The notes beneath the pieces are model-generated. The model saw only the letters and a list, made by a program, of their open reading frames with translations. It made no database searches and had not been told where the DNA came from. The position numbers and the translations under genes are program-made. A DNA stretch of 64,000 nucleotides, from positions 23,746,001-23,810,000 of the forward strand of contig OZ024764.1 of the NCBI GenBank assembly GCA_964016885.1, written 5' to 3'. The DNA is from Eledone cirrhosa. Its lineage: Eukaryota. Each line of letters opens with the position of its first letter. Positions within the stretch are counted from its first letter, which is position 1. Of this stretch, positions 40,048 through 53,892 are shown one piece after another.

Positions 40048-41120
40048 ATCATCATCACTGTTTTACATCAGTTTTTCCACGCTGGCATGGGTTAGACGAG
40101 TTATCCTGTTGTAAGCAATGCCAGGTCAGGTGACCACGTGTTGCTCCTACAGAACCAATTTTGGATTGGTTTCTACAGCTGGATGCCCTTCCTAGCACCA
40201 ACCTTATTTACATTGAGTACTGGGTGCTTTTTACTATCTCACCAACTCGACCACTTCACAGTGTGGGCTGGGTACTTTTTTACTTTTTGTCATGACACCT
40301 ACATGACCACTTTACAGTGAGTACTGGGTACTTTTTATCGTGACACCTACATGACCACTTTACAGTGAGTACTGGGTACTTTTTGTTGTGACACCTACAT
40401 GACCACTTTACAGTGAGTACTGGGTACTTTTTGTTGTGACACCTACATGAACACTTTACAGTGTCAATTGGGTACTTTTTGTCGTGACACCGACATGACC
40501 ACTTCACAGTGTGGATTGGGTACTTTTTGCCATGACACCTACATGACCACTTTACAGTGAGTACTGGGTACTTTTTGTTGTGACACCTACATGACCACTT
40601 TACCGGGTGGACTGGGTACTTTTTGTTGTCACACTTACATGACCACTTTACAGTGTGGACTGGGTACTTTTTGTCATGACACCTATGTGACCACTTTACA
40701 GTGTGGACTGGGTACTTTTTGTTGTGACACCTACATGAACACTTTACAGTGTCAATTGGGTACTTTTTGTCGTGACACCGACATGACCACTTTACAGTGT
40801 GGATTGGGTACTTTTTGCCATGACACCTACATGACCACTTTACAGTGAGTACTGGGTACTTTTTGTTGTGACACCTACATGACCACTTTACCGGGTGGAC
40901 TGGGTACTTTTTGTTGTCACACTTACATGACCACTTTACAGTGTGGACTGGGTACTTTTTGTCATGACACCTATGTGACCACTTTACAGTGTGGACTGGG
41001 TACTTTTTGTTGTGACACCTACATGACCACTTTACAGTGTGGACTGGCTACTTTTTGTCATGACACCTACACAACCTCTTTACAGTGTTGGCAGCGAAAT
41101 CTAATGCACCAGCTTCAGTA
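40048..41120 (-). mobile_element. RTE 3'-end-derived element with 48-bp minisatellite expanded to ~17 copies
   Basis: Orthologous to 7481-8150; 288-bp higher-order periodicity. Confidence 0.8.
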
Positions 41121-41184
41121 ATCAGAAGATACATAATATACATATATACACACACACACACAAACAAAAATATATATATATATT

Positions 41185-43233
41185 CAGTGGTACCTTGACT
41201 TACAAGTGTCCCAACTAATAAGTTTTTCGAGATACGAGCCCTCTCTCGGCTGATTTTTTGCGTTGAGTTCCAGAGTAAAATTCGGGTTACGAGTCAGCTT
41301 CAGATGCCCCACCACGAGTTGCCATAGTGACCGCCACAGGCAATACCGTAATACCCGCCCAGCATCCCATGGCTTCGAAGAAAGTGAGACGAAGGACAGT
41401 TCTGAGAAGAAGAAGCAGATGATGTGTATTGAATTAAAGAAAGAAATTATAGAAAAACATGACCAAGTTGTGTGTAGTGGACTTGGCGAAGCAGTACGAG
41501 CGTAGCACTTCTACGATATGTACCATACTGAAGTAGAAGGACTTGATAAAGGCTATAACCCCAGCTAAGGGTGGTAAAATAATTTCTAAACAGCGGACAT
41601 CTATCCATGAAAATGTGGAAAAGCTGCTGATGGTGTGGTTGAAGGAGAAGCAGGTCGCAAGAGATACTGTGATGAAGATTATAATATGTGAGAAGGCACG
41701 AGCTATTTACGCTGATTTGCTGCAGCAGACCCCAGGTACTTCTACGGACGAGCCATCAGCAAGCCCTTTAATGCCAGTCGGGGTTGGTTTGAGAATTTTA
41801 AAAAGAGGACCGGCATTCCCTCCTTTGTCAGGCATGGTGAGGCAGCGAGCGCGGATATGAAGGCAGCTGAGGATTACCTCAAAACCTTTGCCGGAATTAT
41901 AGCAGCCAAAGGATACATCCTTCAGCAAGTCTTTAACTATGATGAAACAGGACTTTTTTGGAAGAAGATACCAAAAAGGACTTATATAATGGAAGAGGAT
42001 GCCTGGCCACAAACCCATGAAGGATACGTTAACCCTCGCACTGTGCCAATGCGAGCGGTGACTGTAAGATTAAGCCGCTGCTCGTTTATCATTTGGAAAA
42101 CTTTAAGTCGCATAAGATTCTGAAAGAAAAACTGCAGGTTTTGTGGAGGGAAAACCCGAGGGCATGGGTCACCAGCCAGTTCTTTGTGGAGTGGGTGAAT
42201 TTGGTCTTTGGTCCTGACGTTAAAAAATATCTCCAGGAAAATAACCTACCCCTGTAAACCCTTCTTGTCCTAGACAGTGCAACTGCTCATCCATCTAACC
42301 TCGAAGAGTTCAAGTTTATAAAGGTCCTCTACCTTCCACCAAACACCACCCCTATCCTACAGACCAAGGACCAGCAGGTACTTTCTAATTTCAAGAAGCT
42401 CTTCACCAAGCACCTGTTCAGTCGCTGCTTTGAAGTGACGGAGAGCACAAACTTCACCCTTGAGAGGTTTGGAAGGACCATTATAACATCGTGATATGCC
42501 TCAGAATTATCGATATGACCTGGCAGGGTCTTACAAAGAGAACCTTGACCTCTACATGGAAGAAGCTGTGGCCTGAAGTTGTGTCTAAAACAGACTTTGA
42601 AATACTCGAACCCGAAGCGGCAGTGGTGGAGGAGATTGTACCCCTCGGTAAGTCCATGGGCCTGGACATGGATGAAGGTGACATCAACGAGCTCATCAAG
42701 GAGCACTCCGAGGAGATGACAACAGGGGAATTAAAGGAGCTACAGACACAGCAACACACGGAGTTTTTGCAGGAAATAGGTGACACAGAGGAGGTTATCT
42801 CAACAAGTGAGATGAAACAAACCTCATTAGACAGGTTTTTATCGAAAATCCCTGCAGATAAAAGTGAGGAACGCGTGGCGAAAAGGGGCAAAAATCAGCG
42901 AATAAGATTCAGTTATTCAGTTCATCCTTTCTCCTCCGTCAACATCCTCAAGTCGTCTGATCTCCAAGATAGATGCTGTACATTATACTTAATAAAACTA
43001 GTTTGTTGCAGTACATTCTATTCTATTGTTTTTTTATATACAATATTTGTTATTTATAAGTACATTTTTCTTATTTAAAAACACGTAACAAAACAAACTG
43101 GTTTTGGGGGGTCTGGAACGGATTAATGGCATTTTAATTTATTTCAGTGGGGAAAATTGATTTGACATACGAGTAATTTAAGTTACGAGGTCCTCCACGG
43201 AACAAATTAAACTCATAAGTCAAGGAACAACGG
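41185..43233 (+). mobile_element. Tigger/pogo-like transposon, longer copy
   Basis: Same TIRs as 26249-27830; retains the CENP-B HTH region (EKLLMVWL..IICEKAR) and VFNYDETGLFWKK. Confidence 0.9.
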
Positions 43234-43271
43234 TGTGTGTGTGTATATATATATATGAAGGAACGATCGAC

Positions 43272-43715
43272 CACCAAACAACCTCTTTCAACATGGCTAT
43301 TACGCACAGAAAAACCGCCTTTGCTTTCTTTGTGAAGAGGGGAGGCGGCTTGATTGTCATCATGGACTCGGCGGTCAATCGAATCGGCGCCACCCCCGAC
43401 AGCAGTCGTTCGGCGTAGCCCCACAGATCAGACACGCCCGGACATTGCACCAATGAGTGCGCAACGGTTTCTTCGTGACGCACGCATCTAGGGCAAATCT
43501 TTTTCGAGGGTTCCCTGCCCGAGCGCCCGTATCTGTAGAGCCTCTCTCGAACGGGTAGAGCCCCCCGGTAGCACTGCCAGGCTAGTGACTTCTGGAAGTT
43601 GTCCATTGGTCCCGGGCCGAAAGTCCTACCGAAAAAGCTGGCCAGTTCGTCCTCTTCCATGTCCAGCGACTCTCCAAGGGTGTCATCGCCCCTGCTAGCC
43701 ACCAGCCCTCTATGG
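43272..43715 (-). mobile_element. L1/Tx1-clade LINE internal fragment (zf-RVT/CCHC region)
   Basis: LAWQCYRGALPVRERL...CPRC...EETVAHSLVQC..V..LW; GC-rich relative to flanks. Confidence 0.8.
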
Positions 43716-44761
43716 ATATATATATATATATAGTTAAATATTAGACAGGGACAAAAAACAGAGGCAGTGCAAATGGTAGTTTATACCGAGAGAGAGACAG
43801 ACAAACACATCTATACCTCTACTACTGTAAAACGTAAAACATATGTAAGGGGAGACAACTCTCGTTACATCCACCCTTCTTTTTGACATACATTCTTTAG
43901 ATACTTTGTACAATGGACTCTGCTTTATTTTGTGTCCTAAGTAGATTTCTGTTTAAGTATTTACGAGATTCACAATGATTCACGTAACCAAGTTACTTAC
44001 ATAGAGATATATTTCACATAGAATCACAACAAATGAAAATATTAAGTCAACACTCTGTCAATCAGTCTCACATCATATGGGGTGCCGGAGTCTCCCTCTA
44101 ATACTTTCTGAGACAGTCTTACCTCGAGTGATAGCAAGGCTAAGATGTTGAAACTACCAAACACCCTCATATGTATCACCTGACACCTCGGTAAGGAGAG
44201 CTGCCAACGATAACAAGAACCTCGTTGTCAGGGACCTATCTCCTCCAAACTTCTCCAACACCACAGACTAGAATATTCTACTCTTTATTCCCTATCAAAT
44301 ATATTTCAGTCTAGTCATTTGTCTTGTATCTTGTATATGTATTTTGAAAACTAACTGTCACATTTGTGAGACCCCAGTTAGTGATGTTTTCGTCTCCCTC
44401 CCACATCTTACATGCTGTAGTAAAAGTGAGGGTCACTGCTTCTGTAGACGAACGAAATAAAAGTTAAACTACCAGTAATTATCGGCAAAGTATTTATTCC
44501 AGTCTGTGATGTTTGAGAAGCTGGGCTGCTGACAACGAAGTTGTGGTCACTGTTGGCAACTGGCTTTACCGAAGTACCCGATGACTCTTGTGAGGGTACT
44601 TAGCTGTTCTGGCAACTTCGCCTCCATATGACCCGATCTTACCGAGATACCCGGTGATCTCTGTAAGAGTACTTAGCTGTTCTATTTTAATTACATTTAC
44701 TGTTTTCAACGTTATTTTTTTTTATTACAAACTTTACATAATTTAATTCGGTAAAAATATT

Positions 44762-44906
44762 TTACGTCACAAAAAAACTTGACCTTTGACATTGAAGCAT
44801 GCGCAGTGGTGCAGTTGTCGACTTCCTGTCCACGTGTCAGTCTTCCTACAACATCATTTAGACAACATTTCTGTAAATACTAAACACCTGAGACTATAAT
44901 GTAAGT
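44762..44906 (+). promoter_or_regulatory. Putative promoter, exon 1 and donor of ZNF-D
   Basis: Motif cluster plus TGACCTTTGACAT (DR1-like); donor at 44901. Confidence 0.7.
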
Positions 44907-47900
44907 ATTATGTCTATTAATATTGTAGATTTAAGCTCACCTTTCACATCACAAATATATATTTTCTTGTTTGTTTCATTACTGGAAATATAAAATGTTA
45001 TCGTAATTATCTATATTTTACCTACCTCTAATTAATTAAAGTGAAAACTTTTGTTGTTGCTGAAAAATAAATTAACAAAACTAAATATTTAAATATTCTA
45101 AAGGTCGTTTTTATATTATGTGATGATATAATTAATATATTTTATTACAATTGTATAAATTTACAGTAGAATAACGTTGTAAATATGTTTTAAATATATA
45201 CGTAAATAACATAAGTGTGTAAATAACATTATAAATTGCTGGCAATTCCTTGAGAAAGACATTACAAATGCATTGTCTAAACTGTGTATAATAATATAAT
45301 TCATTGAACAATAATGATAAAGGAAAGAAAAACACAGTGGGAGATGGCAATTGACCACCAAGTGTGATAATGGGCCACACCTCACACCTTAGGGGTTAAC
45401 TACACACTTAGAGGCAAGCCAACACACTGGCAGCATTACTAAGGTGTTGAAATAACCAGGTACCCACACGGGTATCACCTGACACCTCAGTAAGGTGAGG
45501 CTAAGGTACTGAAATAACCAGGTACCCTTACGGGTATCACCTGACACCTCGGTAAGGTGTGGCTAAGGTGCTGAGATAACCAGGTACCCTCACGGAAACG
45601 ACTAGATTTGTAGAAAAAGTAGGGTGAAAGTATACGAAGAGATGTAGTTTCACAGATCTACTCACACCTCACGTTGTGTGGGAAATAATTATTTTCTTAA
45701 ATTTTTTCTAGACCCCTTTTCAATATTTTCTCAGGACCCCTTAGATACTTGCAGGAGACGATTTATTCCCCAGTATTAGGGTTAGGGTTTCCGTTTTCAG
45801 GAAGAAAAGTCGATTGCAAACATCTAAGAGGTCGAGAAATAAAAATAAGATAATTATTTCCCAGCCAACTGGAGAAGTGTGTAGCTCTTCTTAACTCCGA
45901 TAATCCTGTCTCCCACTTCTTTATCTACAAATCTAGTCGTTTCCTGCTACGTTGAAGGCCCTATTTATTGATAACACCACTTGTAAGTCTTTGTCAACTT
46001 TTCATACGTAAATTGTGAATCAGTTATTTTTAAACAAACTATCAAAGAAGTGATCTCACAGTAACTGTTTGATTTAATCAACTTATTCCCCCCAAACATT
46101 GTCGACCTTGTGTCTAAATCAGAAACTATTATTAGATCTTAAATCAACCCCGTAAAGATGAAGGGCAAAGCTAACCTCGGCGGGATTTCAACCCTTTATG
46201 TTATGAGTTCAAATCCCACCAAAGTTAGCTCTGTCTTTCATTCTAACGGGGTGGATAAATTAAAGTTCCAGTACTCTACTGGGGTCTGAGATATTAACGT
46301 TTGAGTAGATTCTATCTTTTTGTGTGTTTGTATTTATAATCTTACTAGAACACCTGTGACCTGTTGGGTCACGTTCCCTTTAAAAATAATTTTTAAATAA
46401 TTAAAATATACAGGCATGTCTATAATTTAAAATGAAATTAGTAGTTAGGCCCATGTATATATATATATATATATATATATGCGTGTATGTATGTATATAT
46501 GTGTGTATGTGTGTGTGTATATATATGTCACAGACACACACACACAACTCGTTATACTTTTAAAATTTCGTTCAACAACACCACCAGCTCTCTCTCTCTC
46601 TATTTATGAAGGTACCAGAAAAAACTCATATCTCGGGAACCTATGCTCTGATTTACATGAAACTTGTTTTATCCCATTTGTTTTCCCATTTCAGGGTCAA
46701 CTTCCTTTCAACTATTTCCCCATTATGCCCCGTTTTGGCTGTATTACATTACAGACAAGACACAATCACAGAATTTTAGGTTTATATTGTTATAGTATCA
46801 TGATAGGGTAATACAGTTATTTATAGACCTGTGGTAAATGTTGGTTCAGTCTACCCTGGGGGGTGTTAGTGTTGGTTCAGTCCACCCTGGGGGTGTTAGT
46901 GTTGGTTCAGTCCACCATGGGGGGTGTTAGTGTTGGTTCAGTCCACCCTGGGGGGTGTTAGTGTTGGTTCAGTCCACCCTGGGGTGTGTTAGTGTTGGTT
47001 CAGTCCACCCTGGGGGGGTGTTAGTGTTGGTCAATGATAACCTTTATAACTAGAGGCCTGTTGGTGAGGACAAGCTGGAAGTGGTGACATCTTTCTGCTA
47101 CCTGTGTGACATGTCAGCTGGAAGTGGAGCCAAGTTCACTGCCATCGTGCTGTGCCACTCCACAGGTAACAAGTTTAGGCAGCTTCTCCTAATCCTCAAG
47201 ACATGCTGGCTACCATTAGACACCATGGGGCAGATTTATAACACCTGTGGGAGAAGTGTGTTGTTTCATGCCAGCGAGACCTGGGCCATGTTATCTGACT
47301 GTCTGAATTGACTCTGAAGAAATGACAAAGCTATGATCCACTGGATGTGTAGTGTGACCATTGAGGATGATGTCAGCTCAACTGAGCTCCTAAAAAAACT
47401 GCTGATCGACAACCTCAAGGATGTGTTTCACAGGAGACACATGCACTGGTATGGCCATGTTGTGCATTCTCTCTCAACTCATCTATGCTTGGTCGTTGAT
47501 GCACATTGACATTGCACATCCAACGGAGCATACTTGCTTCATTTCTCTCCAGCCATCGCATATCCTCCAAAGTTGCTGTGCATGTCTCACTACCGTGCAG
47601 CATCACGCATCACAAGCCATTCATTCTTAGAGAGAAACACTTCTTTGTCAACAGAGGAAGCAGCTCCCTAAACTTCTTCCAACCTGTCCTTATTCTAGAT
47701 ACTATGGCCTCTGAGCACCCTCCCCCCATGCTAATCTGATCACCTAGATACCGGAAGCTATCAACCACTTCTATAGAACCTATCTGCATTTGTAAAATGT
47801 GTCTATCACTGCGACTTCTACTGTCAAATTTCCCTGTACATCTACTGCATATGTATTTTTCCCTACCTGTTAGTTTGCCTGCTATCCCACTACATTTCTT

Positions 47901-50267
47901 GTGTACCCAAAATCTGCATCGTGTACATTATAGAATTTATGCCAGTTCCTTTTCTACATATTGAACAAGGCCATTTCCCTGATGGAATGACAGTTTTGTC
48001 CTCTTTTCTACTTATCAACACTTTAGTCTTAGCTAGGTTCACTCTCAGTCCTCTTGATTCCAACTGCTGTTGCAATAGCCAGAATTTATTCTCTAGCTCC
48101 TCTACTGATTCTGCTATAAGAACCAGATCGTCAGCATAGAGAACTTCCCATGGGCAGCCAGTCTTAAACTCTTCTGTTATGACTTGGAGGACTATAATGA
48201 ACAAGAGCGGGCTGAGGACCGAAACCTGATGTACTCCTACTTGTATCTGGAATTCCTCACTAAACTCCATGCCTACCCTCACTTTACTGACAGCACCTCT
48301 GTACATAGCTTGCACTGTCCTCACAAACTATTCATCTACACCTAGTTTCCTTAGGGACCACCAGGTGACAGATTGGGGTACTCTATCAAAGGCCTTCTCT
48401 AGGTCAACAAAAACTAAGTATAGTGGTTTTCTTCTCTAAGAACCTCTCTTGTAGTTGTCTCACTAAGAAGAGGGCATCTGTTTGACTCTTTCTCTAAGTT
48501 GCGCTAGTATTCTTTCTGTCACTTTCATAACCTGATCCATCAGTTTTATACCCCTATAATTACTCCCCTCCAGAACATCCCCTTTACCTTTACCTCAATT
48601 TATGAGAATACTGCTGCACCAGTCTTTGGGTATGACACCACCATATATAGCTTGATTAATGATGCATGCAACCAGTTTAATTCCTACTTCTCCTGATGCT
48701 TTCAGCATCTCAGCAACTATCCCCAACAGTCCAGCGGACTTACCATTTTTCATTTCCTTAATTGGACCCTATAGTCATCAATCTCAATAGCTGGTCCTTC
48801 TGTCGGGTCTACTGAAGGTAGCTCCCCTCCTATTCATTCTCCACATTCATCAGTCTCTCATAATGACATTTCCAGGCCTCCTTTTTTTTGAGAATCAGTG
48901 ACACTAAGTGCACCAACATCCTGATTTACACTGACACACTGCCTTGCAATGTGGATCACCGCACATCTCTGATCTCCCCATCGCAGGACATTGGCAAACC
49001 TTCTACTCTCAGCCTCCCTGCATGTTAAGTAGGCCTGACATCTAGCTTCTCTCTTAGCGGCTGTGAATCGGTCTCTACCTCTACCATTTTTCCAAGCCTT
49101 TTGTCTCTAATGGCTCTATCTACCGTGCTGTTCCACCACCAGGTCACCCTCTGTCTGGTTGGAACTCTGCTCCAGTCACAAGTTTCTTCAGTAACCTGCA
49201 GTAAGTTGTCACCTACGAAATTCCAGTTATCATCCATGTCATAGGACTCTAAATCGTCTTCTTTTTCGTCATACACATCTTGAAGGGCTTGTCTAAATTT
49301 ATATTTTAGTGAAAGGTCTTTTAGTTTCCAGTCCTTCCTTTTTCAAACCTTCTTGTATGTCTCATTTTGTCTCTTGCTTACTGAGATGTCACTAACGACT
49401 AACCTATGTTGGTGGGGTACATTGTTCCCTGGGGTATGCCTTAGTATTTGACACCATCTGTCTATCTTGCTGCCTAACTAGCAAGAAGTCAATCTGTCTC
49501 ATGCGCTCACCTGCTTGGTAGGTTATTAAGTGGTTGGTAGGTTTCTTGAAGTGTTGCAAATGGTTAGTTCACTTGCATCACAAAATACAAGAAGCCTCAC
49601 TCCTTCTTCATTTCTTGAGCCATAACCATGACCACCATGTACCCCAGTGTATCCATCCTGGAACTGTCCAACATGACCATTGAAGTCCCCTGCTATTATA
49701 ACTAGGTCTCTGTCATTGTGGTTATCTCTACTTATTCCTTTTCTACATATGGAGCAGGGCCACTTTCCTGAAGGGGTCAGGGTCTTCTCTCCTATCCATT
49801 ACCACTTTAGTTTTGGCTAAGTATATTCTCAGAACTTACCATTTCAAATTCTATATCTATAGCTGGTCATCTACATAGAGAAGTTTCCATAGACAGCCAG
49901 TCTTAAACCTCTCTGTTATGGCTTGGAGAACTATGATGAACAACAGTGGGCTAAGAACTAAACCATGATGAACTCCTACCTGTACCTTCAATTCCTCACT
50001 AATCACACTTTACTGACAGCTTCTCACAAGCCATTCTTCTACACCTAATTTCTTTAACCCTTTAGTATATAAACTGGCCATATCTGGCCAGAATTGTCTC
50101 GTGTCTTTCTGTTCAAACTGGCCGTAACTGGTCATTTATACTTATGTTAAGGTATTGTTCTCAAAATAAGTAACATCAAAATCTCATAGATTTGATATTA
50201 TGAGAGATAAGGCATTTACTGTGAAAATATAAGAGTAAATATAGAGTAATGTGAATACTAAAGGGTT

Positions 50268-50370
50268 AATCTGATGTCACTAATAACTACTTTTATCTGT
50301 CAGTTTAATCTAATGTCACTAATAACTACTTTTATCAGTCAGTCTAATCTAATGTCACTAATAACTAACC
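50268..50370. repeat. 39-bp minisatellite, ~2.6 copies
   Basis: Same unit as 4206-4541. Confidence 0.9.
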
Positions 50371-50722
50371 TATGTTAGTCAGCACATTCTTCACCAAGGA
50401 AGGCCTTAGTATTTATTACAGTCCATTTATCAATATAGAAATATTATATGAAATTTGTACTGATGTATTACAAGTTTCTGAGTATCTTATAATGTTCTTT
50501 TATTATTTCAGAATACTAGATGACATTGGCATTAAAGAGCACGTTACATCAGACATATCCTCAATATTAACCATTTCTAATGAAAGACACTAACCATCAT
50601 TTTCAAATAATTTTGAAAACACTCAACACTTTGAAGTGATTTAGTAATATAACTAAATTTCTCAGTATTAAGCTGTGAATTATGTGAGAAACTGAGGTGA
50701 TTGATATCTTTTAGTAGGAGAT

Positions 50723-52507
50723 ATGTCGAAAAATATAGTAAAATCACCATTCCACTGTGATATCTGTGGTAAATCATTCTCTCGTAGTAATCACCTAACT
50801 ACTCACAAACGTATTCATACAGAAAAGAAGCTATATCACTGTGATATCTATGGTAAATCATTCAGTCACAGTAGTAGCGTCAGAGTTCACAAACATATTC
50901 ATACAGGAGAGAAGCCATATCACTGTGATATCTGTGGTAAATCATTCAGTCGCAGTAATACCTTAACTACTCACAAACGTATTCATACAGGAGAGAACCC
51001 ATATCATTGTGATATCTGTGGTAAATCATTCACTTGTAGTCATCACCTAACTACTCACAAACGTATTCATACAGGAGAGAAGCCTTATAAGTGTGATATC
51101 TGTGGTAAATCATTCAGTTACAATACTAGCGTCAGAGTTCACAAACAAATTCATACAGGAGAGAAGCCATATCGCTGTGACATCTGTAGTAAATCATTCT
51201 CTGACAGAAGTAGCTTCCTTAAACACCAACGTATTCATACAGGAGAGAAACCATATCAGTGTGATATCTGTGACAAATCATTCAGTCACAGTAGTAGCGT
51301 CAGAGTTCACAAACGTATTCATACAGGAGAGAAGACATATCACTGTGACATCTGTGGTAAATCATTCAGTCAGAGTAATACCTTAACTACTCACAAACGT
51401 ACTCATACAGGAGAGAAACCATATCACTGTGATATCTGTGATAAATCATTCTCTCGTAGTAATAACCTAACTACTCACAAACGTATTCATACAGGAGAGA
51501 AACCATATCACTGTGATATCTGTGGTAAAACGTTCTCTAAAAATAATAACCTAACTACTCACAAACGTATTCATACAGGAGAGAACCCATATCACTGTGA
51601 TATCTGTGGTAAATCATTCACTTGTAGTCATCACCTAACTACTCACAAACGTATTCATACAGGAGAGAAACCATATCACTGTGATATCTGTGGTAAATCA
51701 TTCAGTGACAGTAGTAGCTTCAGAGTTCACAAACAAATTCATACAGGAGAGAAACCATATCACTGTGACATCTGTGGTAAAACGTTCTCTAAAAACAATA
51801 GCGTAACTACTCACAAACGTATTCATACAGGAGAGAAGCCATATCAATGTGACATCTGTGATAAATCATTCTCTCAAAGTAGTCACCTAACTACTCACAA
51901 ACGTATTCATACAGGAGAGAAGCCATATCAATGTGAAATCGGTGATAAATCATTCAGTGACAGTAGTAGCTTCAGAGTTCACAAACAAATTCATACAGGA
52001 GAGAAGCCACATCACTGTGACATCTGTGGTACATCATTCAGTCACAAAAGTAACTTAACTACCCACAAACGTATTCATACAGGAGAGAAGCCATATCAGT
52101 GTGATAACTGTGGTAAATCATTCTCTCGTAATAACCTAACTACTCACAGACGTATTCATACAGGAGAGAAACCATATCACTGTGATATCTGTGGTAAAAC
52201 ATTCACTAAAAATAATAACCTAACTACTCACACACGTATTCATACAGGAGAGAACCCATATCATTTTGATATCTGTGGTAAATCATTCTCTCAGAGTTAT
52301 CAGCTAACTTCTCACAAACGTATTCATACAGGAGAGAAGCCATATCACTGTGATATCTGTGGTAAATCATTCTCTCGTAGTAATCACCTAACTACTCACA
52401 AACGTATTCATACAGGAGAGAAGCCATATCACTGTGACATCTGTGGTAAATCATTCTCTCATAGTGGTAACTTAACCAAGCATGTGCGTATTCATACAGA
52501 AGTTTAG
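50723..52507 (+). CDS. C2H2 zinc-finger protein ZNF-D, 21 fingers
   Basis: Intact ORF; broken fingers CDIY, CEIG, FDIC; acceptor ends 50511; post-stop donor at 52716. Confidence 0.95.
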   Translation: MSKNIVKSPFHCDICGKSFSRSNHLTTHKRIHTEKKLYHCDIYGKSFSHSSSVRVHKHIHTGEKPYHCDICGKSFSRSNTLTTHKRIHTGENPYHCDICGKSFTCSHHLTTHKRIHTGEKPYKCDICGKSFSYNTSVRVHKQIHTGEKPYRCDICSKSFSDRSSFLKHQRIHTGEKPYQCDICDKSFSHSSSVRVHKRIHTGEKTYHCDICGKSFSQSNTLTTHKRTHTGEKPYHCDICDKSFSRSNNLTTHKRIHTGEKPYHCDICGKTFSKNNNLTTHKRIHTGENPYHCDICGKSFTCSHHLTTHKRIHTGEKPYHCDICGKSFSDSSSFRVHKQIHTGEKPYHCDICGKTFSKNNSVTTHKRIHTGEKPYQCDICDKSFSQSSHLTTHKRIHTGEKPYQCEIGDKSFSDSSSFRVHKQIHTGEKPHHCDICGTSFSHKSNLTTHKRIHTGEKPYQCDNCGKSFSRNNLTTHRRIHTGEKPYHCDICGKTFTKNNNLTTHTRIHTGENPYHFDICGKSFSQSYQLTSHKRIHTGEKPYHCDICGKSFSRSNHLTTHKRIHTGEKPYHCDICGKSFSHSGNLTKHVRIHTEV

Positions 52508-53159
52508 CTGTATCAATATCAAACTCATTACATCATACTACAACAACAACTATTGTGTAGATCCATCATCCTTGCTAAAACTGGGGATAACCTTGTAGGT
52601 TTTTACCTATGACAGGGATCATAAACACCAAGTTTCCATTTTTGAAGTAGTGTTTGAAGATTTTGTGTAAATTAAAATTTTTCACATCAAACTTTGATTT
52701 ATTATACTTTAACAGGTAAGGTATATATTTGTATTTTTATTAAAGGTTTGGGAACTTCTGTAATTTAAACCTGCCAATAAAATGAAAACTTTTGTTGTTG
52801 TTAGTCAGACATTGATATTAATTCTATTGTCCTGTACTTTGTCTCAAATATCACAGATTAAACAGATTTTAACAATAACAACAGAAATCAATAACTTGTA
52901 AGCCTAATATCTAGCTTCCATTTTAACTATTTGATATTGTTGTTCCCCTCCTGTCTCTTCAGGTCTTTTAGATTTCAACTTCTATCTACTGTACTATTCC
53001 ATCATCAAGGCAACATTCATCTGGCTGGCAGCTTACATCAACTACAGATCTCATCAGTGGTTCACAACAGGCTGCCTGAAAGAAACTTCCAGATATCTTC
53101 TATGTCATAGCTATCAATCTCCTCCTCCTTATCATATGTATCATGTAGAACATCTCTGA

Positions 53160-53892
53160 ATTTATATTTAACAGGGAGATCTTTTACTGTCCCTACCCTT
53201 TTCTCTAGGTTTTCTTGTATCTCTCTCACAGTCCCTCTAGATCTTATATTTAACAGGGAAATCTTTTACTATCCCTACCCTTTTCTCTAGATTGTCTTGT
53301 ACCAGTCTCACAGTCCCTCTCGATCTTATATTTAATAGGGAGATCTTTTACTGTCTCTACCTCTTTCTCTAGGTTGTCTTGTACCTCTCTCACAGTCCCT
53401 CTAGATCTTATATTTAACAGGGAGATCTTTTACTGTCTCTACCTCTTTCTCTAGGTTGTCTTGTACCTCTCTCACAGTCCCTCTAGATCTTATATTTAAC
53501 AGGGAGATCTTTTACTGTCTCTACCTCTTTCTCTAGGTTGTCTTGTACCTCTCTCACAGTCCCTCTAGATCTTATATTTAACAGGGAGATCTTTTACTGT
53601 CTCTACCTCTTTCTCTAGGTTGTCTTGTACCACCCTCACAGTCCCTGTAGATCTTATATTTAACAGGGAGATCTTTTACTGTCCCTACCCTTTTCTCTAG
53701 GTTGTCTTGTATCTCTCTCACAGTTCCTCTATATCTTATATTTAACAGGGAGATGTTTTACTCTCCCTACTCTTTTCTCTAGGTGGTGTTGTACCTCTCA
53801 CACAGTCCCTGTAGATCTTATATTTAACAGGGAGATTTTTACTCTCCAACCCTTCTACAGATAGTCTTGTATCTGTCAGTCCCTCTAGATCT
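53160..53892. repeat. 82-bp minisatellite, ~9 copies
   Basis: CTAGATCT recurs at 53401 and 53483. Confidence 0.92.

Noticed and set aside
40248-41090. CRISPR-like appearance of the regular repeats
   Set aside because: Contiguous tandem units without unique spacers, no cas genes, eukaryotic context
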